A stretch of 64,000 nt of DNA, from positions 96,001 to 160,000 of the IMG/VR virus record IMGVR_UViG_3300020366_000001, one strand, 5' to 3'. This document shows, one piece after another, positions 11,437 through 20,320 of the stretch (within the stretch, counting starts at the first letter, position 1; each line of letters begins with the position of its first letter). This DNA comes from a virus (taxonomy: Duplodnaviria; Caudoviricetes). The translations under genes and the position numbers were made by a program. Under the pieces are notes generated by a model, which was not told where the DNA came from, made no database searches, and saw only the letters and a program-made list of their open reading frames with translations.

Positions 11437-11834
11437 TATCGGGTTCTTTCTAGGAAGAATTCTAAATCACGAACTTGTGCGTCAGATTCGATGCCTACAA
11501 TCTCAAACGAAATTGCTACATCAAAACCATTGTTGTCATAATTTGCATCGACAGTCAAATCAATAAGGTTTACTCTAGGTTCATACTTGACAATAAGATA
11601 TTCCAGCTCATCTTGTAATAACGAAGCAGTAACTGAATCTAAAGGTTCAAATAACAGGGCAGCAACATTGCTACCCAGATCGGGTTTGAAAAACCTTTCA
11701 CCCTTACGGGTCATTATTAAATTGTACAATGCTCTTTTTACCGCAGATTCATCTGTGGTAACTAAAACGTCATTTGTAATAGGATTAATGCCTAATGAAA
11801 TAGACACATCCTTAAATTTGACCGATTTAGGCAT
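11436..11834 (-). CDS. gp25: Baseplate wedge/sheath initiator gp25
   Basis: AVKRALYNLIMTRKGERFFKPDLGS...YEPRV motif; 132 aa; synteny. Confidence 0.95.
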   Translation of the reverse strand: MPKSVKFKDVSISLGINPITNDVLVTTDESAVKRALYNLIMTRKGERFFKPDLGSNVAALLFEPLDSVTASLLQDELEYLIVKYEPRVNLIDLTVDANYDNNGFDVAISFEIVGIESDAQVRDLEFFLERTR

Positions 11835-11979
11835 TGTCAGTCGGTTTCTTTTCTATGTATGCGACTTTCTTGGTAGCTTGGCGCAGATATCTATCAGAGG
11901 CAGGATCTGTGATTAACAGCATCCCACTTTTCATAAAATCTTTACCATAATCGACTGGTGTTTTGCGAGGGATTGCCAT
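11827..11979 (-). CDS. Small conserved cyanophage hypothetical protein (50 aa)
   Basis: MAIPRKTPVDYGKDFMKSGMLLITDPASDRYL; start re-called to avoid overlap with the upstream gene. Confidence 0.65.
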   Translation of the reverse strand: MAIPRKTPVDYGKDFMKSGMLLITDPASDRYLRQATKKVAYIEKKPTDNA

Positions 11980-12001
11980 AGCATCTCCACGATCTGACGA
12001 T

Positions 12002-12658
12002 TTATTTAGTTTGTCGTTCATCTGCGTTTTTCCAGTAATAATCATCGGTGTCACCTAGTCTACCCCATCCAGTTCCGTTCTCAACTTGATAATATCTCGT
12101 CGATACCTTGAAATCTGGTGTTAGAGGTTCATCTGGTGTTAGTGAAAGGTCATAAACTCGCATCCTATTGTTAGGATATAGTGCATATTGACCATTTTCA
12201 AGCAAAATGCAATTGTGAGACTTGTGTTCTTCGGGTTGCTCGCTCACATTGGTGTCTGTAATGTCGATATCAGCGTGAAAATTGTCTAAAGTGAACAAAT
12301 ATTCACCTTTCATCAGTCCGTGAGTGCGTGTTAACACCTCAAAATCCATTGAAGCGATAAATTGCTTGGTGATACACCGCACACCATAGTCCATACAGTT
12401 CCAAAATTGCAAATTTTGCAAATTTAAGCACGGATCGGGTAGTTCTGGCGCGGATACAAACGCCGAAATAGGCAATTTGTCGTATAATGCGCCATATTCG
12501 GGCAAAAATGTCTCAAAATAAAAAGCGCGTCCAGGTATCGACTTAACAGATACCCAAACGCCCTCAACAAATTCGCCAAATCCGTCTTGAAAGTCTCTTA
12601 AATACTCTCTTCGCACCCAAACTTTAGTATTTGGGAGATTGACGACTAACTGACTCAT
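12002..12658 (-). CDS. Conserved cyanophage hypothetical protein (218 aa)
   Basis: Long clean ORF within the operon, NLP..VWVRREYL...GEF motif. Confidence 0.8.
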   Translation of the reverse strand: MSQLVVNLPNTKVWVRREYLRDFQDGFGEFVEGVWVSVKSIPGRAFYFETFLPEYGALYDKLPISAFVSAPELPDPCLNLQNLQFWNCMDYGVRCITKQFIASMDFEVLTRTHGLMKGEYLFTLDNFHADIDITDTNVSEQPEEHKSHNCILLENGQYALYPNNRMRVYDLSLTPDEPLTPDFKVSTRYYQVENGTGWGRLGDTDDYYWKNADERQTK

Positions 12659-12795
12659 CGCTTGCCTTGTCCACGGTAACGTTTTTTCTTGCCATTACGG
12701 GAAGAAGCGGCAAGTTTAGTATTTACACTACATCCTTGACGAGTTTTTTTCGGAGCAGCAGGTTGAAAAGTGATGCCAGTTTTGTAAAGTGCCAT
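12655..12795 (-). CDS. Small basic conserved protein (46 aa)
   Basis: Hand-translated MALYKTGITFQPAAPKKTRQGCSVNTKLAASSRNGKKKRYRGQGKR; translationally coupled at both ends; below the track cutoff. Confidence 0.8.
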   Translation of the reverse strand: MALYKTGITFQPAAPKKTRQGCSVNTKLAASSRNGKKKRYRGQGKR

Positions 12796-13352
12796 TAATC
12801 GCAATCAGTAATAGAGTTGTCACCTGGGGCTTGTGAAGATCTGCTTCCTTGTCCGCCTATGGTTGGGAAACCAATGGCAAAAATACCAGCAGCAAGAGCT
12901 CCAGCAATGCCTGCAGCAGCGGCGGCAGCAGCAAGACCTGCCACTGCGCTACCACCACTGCATTGTAACACGTTAGGTGCCCCCACTGCAACCGCAGAAC
13001 CGCAGGTAATAGAGTCTCCTATCCTTGCAAGGGGTACACGTGCCGCACAGACCTTAGGACCGATAGCAGTGAGGATAGCATCTGTCTCAACATCACCCGT
13101 TTTCATAGTTTTCATAGGCACTGCAGGTGCTCCACTACCTCCCATTACTGTTGAACAAGTTGCTTTAACAGTTCCAGGGTGACAAGCAGGGTTTTTTCCG
13201 CAGGGTTTGCAGTGTATAACTCTTACAGTGCCTGTATGAATAGGAACAATCTTCGTAACCTGAACGTTGGTGATCAGATTTGTACTATAATTCGCTGGTG
13301 GCCAACAACCGTGACCTGTACATACACCTGTAAATAGTCCTACTGCTGCCAT
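12795..13352 (-). CDS. PAAR-domain spike tip protein (gp5.4-like) with C-terminal extension
   Basis: CTGHGCWPP, HCKPC..CH and LARIGDSITCGSAVAVG motifs. Confidence 0.8.
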   Translation of the reverse strand: MAAVGLFTGVCTGHGCWPPANYSTNLITNVQVTKIVPIHTGTVRVIHCKPCGKNPACHPGTVKATCSTVMGGSGAPAVPMKTMKTGDVETDAILTAIGPKVCAARVPLARIGDSITCGSAVAVGAPNVLQCSGGSAVAGLAAAAAAAGIAGALAAGIFAIGFPTIGGQGSRSSQAPGDNSITDCD

Positions 13353-13353
13353 T

Positions 13354-16053
13354 TTACACGTAAATATGGGAGAAAGTGTGATCGTTCCGCAAATGTTGCT
13401 CTGCTGTGGTCTGTTTGCGCTCCCTAAGAACGTTCAAAAGTTTAATAGACCCGTCACTGCGGACCCTTTTTCCGTCGTAGTGCGCAATCTCACGGGATCC
13501 CTCATATTTATACACGTTTGCATCGGATGCTCCCAGCGATAAACGGGTGGTTGCGGTAGCATTTGTCAATTGAGGCGCAGTAAGTTCGATAGTTGCACCT
13601 GATAAAGTGACAGTTGCGGGAGAAATTAACTGTATTGCGGGTGCTGTACTCAAAGAATATGTACCTGCAGCGACTGGTGCGGTCACAGTAACCTCATCTA
13701 GGTTCAAACTTACGCTTTGAACAGTCAATGTTTGGTCATCAGTACCGATAACTAACATACCAACCTGAATATCGTCTAGGTCAAACCCTTCTTCGCCCAC
13801 TTGCACGCTACTAATACTCAAAACTTGAGTGCCATCTGCAACTGCATCGAAGGAAACACCAGGAATTGAACGTAAAACCTGCGCATCATTCATACTAGTA
13901 GTGGCAACATTGACACCAAGACCCAAAAATATCTTCTCGGGTTCGGATGTAACGACGTTTAGAATGTATCTGTTGCCAATTTCTACATCACCAGTTATAG
14001 AAATCGACGGATCTGGCGCATCAATAGTGACAAGAGGGGGTTGAACGTACCCAGTACCACTATCTGTGATGTTATATCCAATAACTCTACCGAAAGATAT
14101 CTTTGCTTCTGCAGTTGCTTGCCTTCCATTCTCCAAATCAGGTTCCCCAATCGTCACATTTGGGGTATTCATATACCCTAGACCAGGATTGAGTTGCTGA
14201 ACGATCTCAATTCCTTGTCCTTTGAGTGAATAGTTGTTCAATTCAACGTATCCAAAGTCAGGGAAGTCCTTAGCATCATAGTCAAAGATGATTAAATCAT
14301 CCTCACTGGTGTTCATAAACTCTTTAATTTGCGCAACTTTAATATCTCCATCAGGATTTCCCTGATATTCGATAGTTTCTTTCAGTTTATCGCGGTATGT
14401 TGACCAGTTAGAATCGATTGTAAGCATAGCATCGTAGGTATGAACCTCAGATGCACCGTATCCAGGGTTTGCACTGGTTGTGCTGCCACCAGGACTAGAC
14501 TCATCGATGTCTGGAGTGCTTGGATCATCTGGAGTTGGTTCGATTATTGTCGTAATTGTTGCCTGGTTACAATACCAACTAACTTCAATAGCATAATCTA
14601 GAACTTTTGTGCCAATCTTATGAGGTTCATACTCAAAGACACTCCACTTAATCTTCTCACCAGCAGGAGGAACAGTTCTGAAACTATGTGTACACCACTT
14701 TTGTACTAGTTCATAATACCAATTGTCTGGTACAACTGTACTAAAGTTATTCATAATATCGTCAGTGTACTCATTCGCAGCAATTGCTGTATCAATAGTT
14801 GGCAAAACATTACAGAAATATGTTCTTGTTTCACGGAACATCTCTGCTGTATTGTTATACAACTTACCTTCTAACGCTTTATTTGTAATAACTTCTTCTT
14901 CTTCTGTTTCTCCGACAATATCCTTATAGTTGTCAGTAATGCTAGCGGGAGAAGTTAATGAATCTACACTGTTTGCAAAACTTTCTTGATCCTCAAAACT
15001 TGGGATCAATGTACCAGTACACTTTAACTTACCCCAGAACTTATCAGCAGCATCTACTAACTTCTTCTCTAAGCGTCTATTTCTCTTATTCTTAAACGGA
15101 ATAGGTTCGTCTTTCTCGTCAAACCCTAAAATAGGTACCTTGGCATAAACACCAGTATCTACAGAGATAGGCCAAGTAGATTCACGAGATGCAGCATAGT
15201 CAACACCCTTTGACTTTTGCTCTGCATCCATAATCTCCTGACCTAAGTCATATAACCCACAAACAGACTTATCTAGATTGTAGGCAATTTTTGCATTCTT
15301 TTTCTTCCTTCTTTTCTTTTTCCCATCGGTAGGATCCTCATAATCCTCAAAGAAGTCAGGGTTATATTCACCAAATAATTCCTCATACGATTTTGTTGCA
15401 TCAGGAACTTCGGCAACGGGTCCTACAACGTCCACTAACGTGTCGCATTTGGGTTGGAGGTACTTCGTATAGCAAACCTTCTTTGGATGGGAATAGAACC
15501 CGCTTATGGACGCTCTCAGAGGTTCTACATTAATAGTAAACAATCCAATGGTTGATACAGTAGGAGTATCATAGTAACCAGCGACGACATCGGCGGTCGC
15601 GCCGCTTTCAGCACCAGTTATAACTTGATCTGGAAAATTACCAGATGGATTATCTAACTCAATAATATTCAGAGCATTACTCTCACGATATCTGTGCCAC
15701 TCGGCAACGGTCCCTGTAGCGCCATTCGGACAACTTACAGTCTCGCCTACCTTGAAATTACCAGACGGATTCCTGACACTAACTCTCGGTGTCACCGAAT
15801 CGCATATCCACAAATAAAAATACTGCTGCTCTCCTGTTATGCGAATTTGGTATGGAATTAATTGATTGCAAGCAGTACTCTCATCCCCTGAAATATTAGA
15901 AGCACTAAAAAGATACTCAAAATAATCCTCATCATCCATAGGACCCATCTGTACGTCCTGAGACCCCAAAGGTCCCCGCCCACCTTGCGAATCGCTTTGG
16001 TAAAACGGGAATGTACTAGTGACTATTAGAGCATCTTCAAAGTTATACGTCAA
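13354..16053 (-). CDS. Probable virion structural protein (899 aa)
   Basis: NPGLGY..PNVTI / DSGTGY..PPLVTI beta repeats shared with gp7 and other cyanophage virion proteins; in the late operon. Confidence 0.7.
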   Translation of the reverse strand: MTYNFEDALIVTSTFPFYQSDSQGGRGPLGSQDVQMGPMDDEDYFEYLFSASNISGDESTACNQLIPYQIRITGEQQYFYLWICDSVTPRVSVRNPSGNFKVGETVSCPNGATGTVAEWHRYRESNALNIIELDNPSGNFPDQVITGAESGATADVVAGYYDTPTVSTIGLFTINVEPLRASISGFYSHPKKVCYTKYLQPKCDTLVDVVGPVAEVPDATKSYEELFGEYNPDFFEDYEDPTDGKKKRRKKKNAKIAYNLDKSVCGLYDLGQEIMDAEQKSKGVDYAASRESTWPISVDTGVYAKVPILGFDEKDEPIPFKNKRNRRLEKKLVDAADKFWGKLKCTGTLIPSFEDQESFANSVDSLTSPASITDNYKDIVGETEEEEVITNKALEGKLYNNTAEMFRETRTYFCNVLPTIDTAIAANEYTDDIMNNFSTVVPDNWYYELVQKWCTHSFRTVPPAGEKIKWSVFEYEPHKIGTKVLDYAIEVSWYCNQATITTIIEPTPDDPSTPDIDESSPGGSTTSANPGYGASEVHTYDAMLTIDSNWSTYRDKLKETIEYQGNPDGDIKVAQIKEFMNTSEDDLIIFDYDAKDFPDFGYVELNNYSLKGQGIEIVQQLNPGLGYMNTPNVTIGEPDLENGRQATAEAKISFGRVIGYNITDSGTGYVQPPLVTIDAPDPSISITGDVEIGNRYILNVVTSEPEKIFLGLGVNVATTSMNDAQVLRSIPGVSFDAVADGTQVLSISSVQVGEEGFDLDDIQVGMLVIGTDDQTLTVQSVSLNLDEVTVTAPVAAGTYSLSTAPAIQLISPATVTLSGATIELTAPQLTNATATTRLSLGASDANVYKYEGSREIAHYDGKRVRSDGSIKLLNVLRERKQTTAEQHLRNDHTFSHIYV

Positions 16054-16333
16054 GTTCTTGCCTCATCTCGATTGTGGTTAACCTAGTCTCTACACTATTC
16101 AGATAATCGACAATACTCTCGTGCTGGGTACTTCCAGGACGACGGTACATAATTGTCATATTGCTGATTGAGTCCTGCACCGCTTTGATACTTTCGCGGA
16201 TCTCTTTGATCTCTTCCTTCATCTGAAGCTTGTAATCTCTCAAGTCGTAATCCATAGCAAGTTCGTTAATTAAACTATCATACCACAAAGTGTTCTCATC
16301 GGGCGTTCGGGTTGATTTTGAGAACTCTGGCAT
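16043..16333 (-). CDS. Conserved hypothetical coiled-coil protein
   Basis: MYRRPGS..HE...DYL motif; overlapping operon arrangement. Confidence 0.7.
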   Translation of the reverse strand: MPEFSKSTRTPDENTLWYDSLINELAMDYDLRDYKLQMKEEIKEIRESIKAVQDSISNMTIMYRRPGSTQHESIVDYLNSVETRLTTIEMRQELDV

Positions 16334-16511
16334 CTGACCTCATTTCTAGAATGTCTGGAAGTCCCTTAACGGCAGTTTCTTCCTTCCTAAATTTATGCGC
16401 CGAGTCACTGTCAGTACTCCACATACTGTCCCGAATCCAATAAACCATACCCGTGTGCAATGATCCTGCAAAAGGGGCAGCAATTGTCCAATACTCTTTG
16501 CGTTGTGCCAT
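16296..16511 (-). CDS. Hypothetical protein (71 aa), first gene of the late operon
   Basis: ORF immediately downstream of a late-promoter motif. Confidence 0.65.
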   Translation of the reverse strand: MAQRKEYWTIAAPFAGSLHTGMVYWIRDSMWSTDSDSAHKFRKEETAVKGLPDILEMRSDARVLKINPNAR

Positions 16512-16567
16512 TGTAAAAAATTCTAAGGGCGAAAATTAATTCCGAAAATTTTTCAGAACCAAAAAAA

Positions 16568-16574
16568 TATTTAT
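16568..16574 (-). promoter_or_regulatory. T4-type late (gp55) promoter ATAAATA
   Basis: Core of the TATAAATA consensus about 57 nt upstream of the baseplate operon. Confidence 0.65.
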
Positions 16575-16618
16575 CTCGCTCTCTGGGTTCGTTGTAGGTT
16601 AGACTTGGCGAATTCTCT

Positions 16619-16661
16619 ATAAAAACGCCCCCCATCGAATAACAGTCAAATAGGGGGCGTT
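16619..16661 (-). terminator. Intrinsic terminator closing the early region
   Basis: AACGCCCCC/GGGGGCGTT inverted repeat (~20-nt loop) followed by a T-run on the minus strand. Confidence 0.6.
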
Positions 16662-16689
16662 CGGTTTGTGTTACTTAGTGCCGCTACGG

Positions 16690-16851
16690 TTAGCGATACT
16701 TAGTGCAGGCGTCGTCGTAGGATGACCCCACGGGCACCGCCTCGCAGAAGCGGGTCATCTTAGCGTCTTGCATCTCAGAGACTGAGGTGATGGCGTTGGT
16801 GCCGATCAGGGTGCCGAAGAAGACGACGACGGCGAGGAGAGCGATTCGCAT
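16690..16851 (-). CDS. Small protein with N-terminal signal/TM helix (53 aa)
   Basis: Hand-translated MRIALLAVVVFFGTLIGTNAITSVSEMQDAKMTRFCEAVPVGSSYDDACTKYR; TATAAT at 16873-16878 upstream. Confidence 0.7.
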   Translation of the reverse strand: MRIALLAVVVFFGTLIGTNAITSVSEMQDAKMTRFCEAVPVGSSYDDACTKYR

Positions 16852-16883
16852 TGGTTGGTTGCTGTTGGTGAAATTATAGCAGA

Positions 16884-17069
16884 TCAGTGGCGATCTGAGA
16901 TGTTCCAGGTTCCCCAGTCTGCGGACTCCAGACCCTGGCGGATCCGATCGCGACGCTGAGTCTCAGCACGCATCCGACGGATCTCGTCTTCCATCACCTG
17001 CTGAATCAGAGGAGAGGGGTTGGCGTTGGTCAGGAACAGACCGCCGTGCTGAGGAGTGAGGTTGGTCAT
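16884..17069 (-). CDS. Early hypothetical protein (61 aa)
   Basis: MTNLTPQHGGLFL...; start re-called downstream of the promoter. Confidence 0.65.
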   Translation of the reverse strand: MTNLTPQHGGLFLTNANPSPLIQQVMEDEIRRMRAETQRRDRIRQGLESADWGTWNISDRH

Positions 17070-17093
17070 CGGTTGCTTTGCTTTGTTGTTCAT

Positions 17094-17152
17094 AGTATGG
17101 CAGTGATGGGGGAGAAAGTCAACAGGCAGTGGACAGGCATCCCTTTGGCACA
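17094..17152 (-). promoter_or_regulatory. Early promoter element: dyad + TTGACT-17-CATACT
   Basis: GTGCCA-N10-TGTCCAC, 29 nt, CATACT. Confidence 0.75.
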
Positions 17153-17832
17153 CACCCTGTCAGGCGACGCCAGGTGAGGGCGAACTGAATGCTCTTCTCT
17201 GTCATCCCACCCTGGCGGCGATGACCTTTGACCTGCCACCCGTCTGGGGTATAGTAGAAGGTGATGGCGCACCTGCTCACGGTGTGACCGATGAAGTGCT
17301 CATCAGTATGGGCGAGGTGCCAGTCCTTCACGTCCGTCACGCAGTGGCGGCAGAACTTACCCGACCGAAGCAAGCGGACTAGGTTGGCAATCTCCTGGCG
17401 GGTCAAAATGAACCACTCGGTTCCACCCTTGCCGTTGTATAGGTGGCGGTACTCCTCAGGCAGATTCTCAGACCAGGGACCTGGCACGGTGCTGCACTTC
17501 TTACTGTTGCGCAGTCGCTCGTGGACGATCGCCTCGGTTGCCTTAACGCGATTGCTCAGCACTAGGGCAATGAATTCTGTATCACCGTCGTTGCTGGTCT
17601 GGTGTCCCTCTAGCATTGCCATCGTCGCTTTCTCACCACCAGAGGCAAGACCGATTTTCACCGCGACGTAATCTGACTCGTCAGCGGTGACGACGTTGGA
17701 ATGGGACACCATAAAGTAGAGGACGCCAGCACCACCCGCACCTGATCCAGAGGTGCGCTTATGGGCGGTTGCCTTGTCTACCGTGATGGTGGCAGAGTCG
17801 AAGACGGGACGATCAGCGTAGAGAGTCGTCAT
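17119..17832 (-). CDS. T5orf172/GIY-YIG-like domain protein
   Basis: LYFM...VKIGLA...EAIVHERL...GGTEWF pattern. Confidence 0.65.
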   Translation of the reverse strand: MTTLYADRPVFDSATITVDKATAHKRTSGSGAGGAGVLYFMVSHSNVVTADESDYVAVKIGLASGGEKATMAMLEGHQTSNDGDTEFIALVLSNRVKATEAIVHERLRNSKKCSTVPGPWSENLPEEYRHLYNGKGGTEWFILTRQEIANLVRLLRSGKFCRHCVTDVKDWHLAHTDEHFIGHTVSRCAITFYYTPDGWQVKGHRRQGGMTEKSIQFALTWRRLTGCVPKGCLSTAC

Positions 17833-17858
17833 TTCGTAGAGTTCGTTTCGATGCCATT

Positions 17859-17917
17859 AATATACCCCCACCCTGGGGAGGATGGGGGCGATTGTGGACA
17901 GTTCAGAGTTCGTCCAC
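17859..17917 (-). promoter_or_regulatory. Early promoter element (dyad + -10)
   Basis: GTGGACG-N10-TGTCCAC, 29 nt (GC hairpin), TATATT. Confidence 0.75.
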
Positions 17918-18148
17918 CATTTCGTCTAGTTCTGCCTCGTCTAGGTTAGGATCGTCGTAGGCAACGCCATCGCCTGTGTGAGTGATGCCGAGGTCGCTAA
18001 GAGTGCGAACCACGTGCTGCCAATCGTAACAGCGACGGGCGAGGTGGTAAAGACCCTCATCGTTGCCGATCCAGAGGGCAGCGTTCCAGGTCTCATAGTT
18101 TGCCCATCCGTTGAAGGTCGAATCCTGTGCCATTGGTGTTGCGGTCAT
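17903..18148 (-). CDS. Conserved phage early protein (NGWxNYETWN family)
   Basis: FNGWANYETWNAALWIGNDEGLY motif; start re-called. Confidence 0.8.
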   Translation of the reverse strand: MTATPMAQDSTFNGWANYETWNAALWIGNDEGLYHLARRCYDWQHVVRTLSDLGITHTGDGVAYDDPNLDEAELDEMVDEL

Positions 18149-18278
18149 CGGGTCGTACGATTGCAGAGGTTTCATTGAGTAGGTTAGCAGCGCCAACCCG
18201 TGCACCGTTGCGAACGTCATCATTCGCAACAAGGACGCCAGCGCCGAAGGCAGCAGCGTAGGAGAGGATCCGAATCAA
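18093..18278 (-). CDS. Small membrane-anchored hypothetical protein
   Basis: TTG start overlapping the upstream stop; hydrophobic N-terminus. Confidence 0.5.
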   Translation of the reverse strand: MIRILSYAAAFGAGVLVANDDVRNGARVGAANLLNETSAIVRPDDRNTNGTGFDLQRMGKL

Positions 18279-18415
18279 AGGTTGTCAGCGATGAGGTTCA
18301 GGATAGCAGAGGCGTCGTCCATTTCGGCATTCACCTCTTCACGGTCGAAGAGCGCGTCTTGAATGAGAGCGTCAAGAGCGTCATCCTCGAAAGGGCAGAG
18401 ATCAGTGTTGAGCAT
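18275..18415 (-). CDS. Small acidic protein (46 aa)
   Basis: Hand-translated MLNTDLCPFEDDALDALIQDALFDREEVNAEMDDASAILNLIADNL, directly behind a promoter. Confidence 0.7.
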   Translation of the reverse strand: MLNTDLCPFEDDALDALIQDALFDREEVNAEMDDASAILNLIADNL

Positions 18416-18438
18416 CTGTGTTGGTTGTGAACGTTTTG

Positions 18439-18497
18439 ATTATAGGATGCCGAGGCGACTCAGCAACCAGTTGTAGACCAGTTCGGTGAGTGTCACA
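18439..18497 (-). promoter_or_regulatory. Early promoter element (dyad + -10)
   Basis: TGTGACA-N10-TGGTCTA, 29 nt, TATAAT. Confidence 0.7.
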
Positions 18498-18729
18498 GGG
18501 CAGCGACCCCGTACAGTTCGTTCTCACGCTTTGCCCAATTGCAGAACCTGCCAAAGGACACGCTAGGGCGAGCGGTGATCTCACACCATAGCAGACGGAG
18601 TTGGTCGCGGCGTCGTACCTGATAGGCGGCGACACTGCCAGAGATCCAAGCGACTTGAACCCGACGCGAGGTGAGTGGGAGGATGATCCCATCAACAGCG
18701 CTCGAACGGTCTTCAGTGTTCAGGAACAT
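18493..18729 (-). CDS. KTSC-like small protein
   Basis: SSAV..I.....V.VAW.SG...AY...SFGRFCN pattern. Confidence 0.55.
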   Translation of the reverse strand: MFLNTEDRSSAVDGIILPLTSRRVQVAWISGSVAAYQVRRRDQLRLLWCEITARPSVSFGRFCNWAKRENELYGVAAL

Positions 18730-18752
18730 AGGTGCCTTGCTTTGACTCTTCT

Positions 18753-18810
18753 AATATACAGGAGAGGGAGGGGAATGGGGTGATTGGTGGACACCCCGTC
18801 GATTGTCACA
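18753..18810 (-). promoter_or_regulatory. Early promoter element (dyad + -10)
   Basis: TGTGACA-N10-TGTCCAC, 28 nt, TATATT. Confidence 0.8.
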
Positions 18811-18985
18811 GGAACTGAGACGGATCGCCGTAATCTCCAATATGGTTGCCGAAGGGGTCACGCACCTCAGCGTAACCGAATTCATCAGCGAGACTGAGGC
18901 AGATGTCCCACGCCTGATCCTCGCTGAGGCAGGACTCAGACTCCTGGGGTTGGTGTGGGACTAAGACGCTGTAACGGTTTGCCAT
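18806..18985 (-). CDS. Small acidic early protein (59 aa)
   Basis: Hand-translated MANRYSVLVPHQPQESESCLSEDQAWDICLSLADEFGYAEVRDPFGNHIGDYGDPSQFL; fills the gap between two promoter elements. Confidence 0.75.
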   Translation of the reverse strand: MANRYSVLVPHQPQESESCLSEDQAWDICLSLADEFGYAEVRDPFGNHIGDYGDPSQFL

Positions 18986-19008
18986 TGAACTTTGATTGAA
19001 CTGAGGTC

Positions 19009-19066
19009 AGTATAGGGCACCAGCGTGGCAATGGTGAAAATGATGGACAGTCCCATAACTGTCACG
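19009..19066 (-). promoter_or_regulatory. Early promoter element (dyad + -10)
   Basis: GTGACA-N10-TGTCCAT, 28 nt, TATACT. Confidence 0.8.
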
Positions 19067-19292
19067 CTCCAACGTATTTCACTTTAATTTCGGTGTAGGA
19101 TTCCAACAGTTCAGGATAATAGTCCTCAACCTCAGTTATCAACTCATCAACAGAATAGTCCTCTAAAGTATGATTGAGGGAGTCGTAGACAAATTGATAC
19201 ATTGTCTTGTGATCCATCCCGTCAATGATACTTTCAATGTACGCCTCCTGAAGTTGATCACGATCAATGATGTTGTCGGTTGATTGTGTCAC
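19062..19292 (-). CDS. Conserved acidic early protein
   Basis: LQEAYIESIIDGMD...ELITEVEDYYPELL. Confidence 0.75.
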   Translation of the reverse strand: MTQSTDNIIDRDQLQEAYIESIIDGMDHKTMYQFVYDSLNHTLEDYSVDELITEVEDYYPELLESYTEIKVKYVGA

Positions 19293-19320
19293 TGATGGTC
19301 TCCGTTGTTTGGATGTGTTT

Positions 19321-19378
19321 ATTATACAGGATCAGGATTGATACTGATTGGGTTAGTGGACACTTCAGAAAGTGTCAC
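19321..19378 (-). promoter_or_regulatory. Early promoter element (dyad + -10)
   Basis: GTGACA-CTTTCTGAAG-TGTCCAC, 29 nt, extended TGTATAAT. Confidence 0.85.
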
Positions 19379-19555
19379 TGGTTCACTTGCAAAGGTGTTG
19401 TATTGAATTATAATACTATCGATGTCTTTCTGTTCTAATTCTGTATACAATCTCTCCAGTTCTTTCATATAATTGTATTCATCGATTGTATCCATTAACT
19501 CTTGCATTCTATGGGATACAATCTGTTTTATTAAATCTCTTTTAGTAACTGTCAT
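19322..19555 (-). CDS. Hypothetical protein (77 aa)
   Basis: ORF track; coupled to the upstream ORF. Confidence 0.65.
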   Translation of the reverse strand: MTVTKRDLIKQIVSHRMQELMDTIDEYNYMKELERLYTELEQKDIDSIIIQYNTFASEPVTLSEVSTNPISINPDPV

Positions 19556-19725
19556 TCTATCTCTTCTATATCAACAACGGTTAACTCTTCATCGTCCCCT
19601 ATCTCCAACATATCTTTAAAATCCCAACTATGTGGATTCCAAGGGGTTTCAATCTCTAGCGTTATTTGATATTTTGTAATTTCCAAGTTTTGATTTAATG
19701 CAGGAATGTGAGAAAGCAAAGGCAT
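19552..19725 (-). CDS. Hypothetical protein (57 aa)
   Basis: Hand-translated MPLLSHIPALNQNLEITKYQITLEIETPWNPHSWDFKDMLEIGDDEELTVVDIEEIE; ATGA overlap with the next gene. Confidence 0.65.
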   Translation of the reverse strand: MPLLSHIPALNQNLEITKYQITLEIETPWNPHSWDFKDMLEIGDDEELTVVDIEEIE

Positions 19726-19762
19726 TGGAAAAAATCAAAAAACGCTAGAGTTAATTATAACA

Positions 19763-20086
19763 CTAAACGGTGATTTGTGCAGACCACCAGTCACCAGTAT
19801 ACTCAACTTCACCTTCGGGAGTGTTAATGAACCAATCGAACTTACGTTGGAACACGTTGTAACCACAGAACTCGAAAAGCAACACATTAAGAATTTGCTT
19901 AGTTGTTGCTGTCCAATAACCGCAGTTATTGATGCTGATGCTGTTGTTCGAGATTGCACCAATCAAGTGACCGTGAAAGGTGATAGATGCCGAACCATTA
20001 TCGTGCCACGTCACGCAACGGTTACCCTTAGAGAAGGGACGAAAGTTGCGGATGGCGGTGATCATTTCCTGGTCAACTTTGCGCAT
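19763..20086 (-). CDS. Conserved phage early protein (107 aa)
   Basis: MRKVDQEMITAI...FHGHLI...GYWTATTK..LN...VFQRKFDWF pattern. Confidence 0.8.
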   Translation of the reverse strand: MRKVDQEMITAIRNFRPFSKGNRCVTWHDNGSASITFHGHLIGAISNNSISINNCGYWTATTKQILNVLLFEFCGYNVFQRKFDWFINTPEGEVEYTGDWWSAQITV

Positions 20087-20131
20087 AATGAAGAGAGAGT
20101 GAGTGTGTACGTAAGGTGGACAGGTGAGAGA

Positions 20132-20299
20132 TCAGATCTTGAGTTCACCCATCATAGAACCTTCAAGGGTGCCACACAGGGCGCTGAGGTCGTTGTAGAG
20201 TTCGTCATCGGGACCGATACGATTGAGGATGCTGTCGAGAGCATCGATCGCACGCTGAGTCTCGGTGGCGGTCATCGAAGTTTGAATGATGGTGGGCAT
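20132..20299 (-). CDS. Small acidic hypothetical protein
   Basis: Hand-translated MPTIIQTSMTATETQRAIDALDSILNRIGPDDELYNDLSALCGTLEGSMMGELKI; alternative start at 20275. Confidence 0.65.
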   Translation of the reverse strand: MPTIIQTSMTATETQRAIDALDSILNRIGPDDELYNDLSALCGTLEGSMMGELKI

Positions 20300-20320
20300 T
20301 GGTTGCTTGCGAATGACTGT

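Noticed and set aside
16873-16920. A further dyad element upstream of 16851
   Set aside because: A TATAAT and a small hairpin are present, but there is no half-site at the expected 28-29 nt distance.
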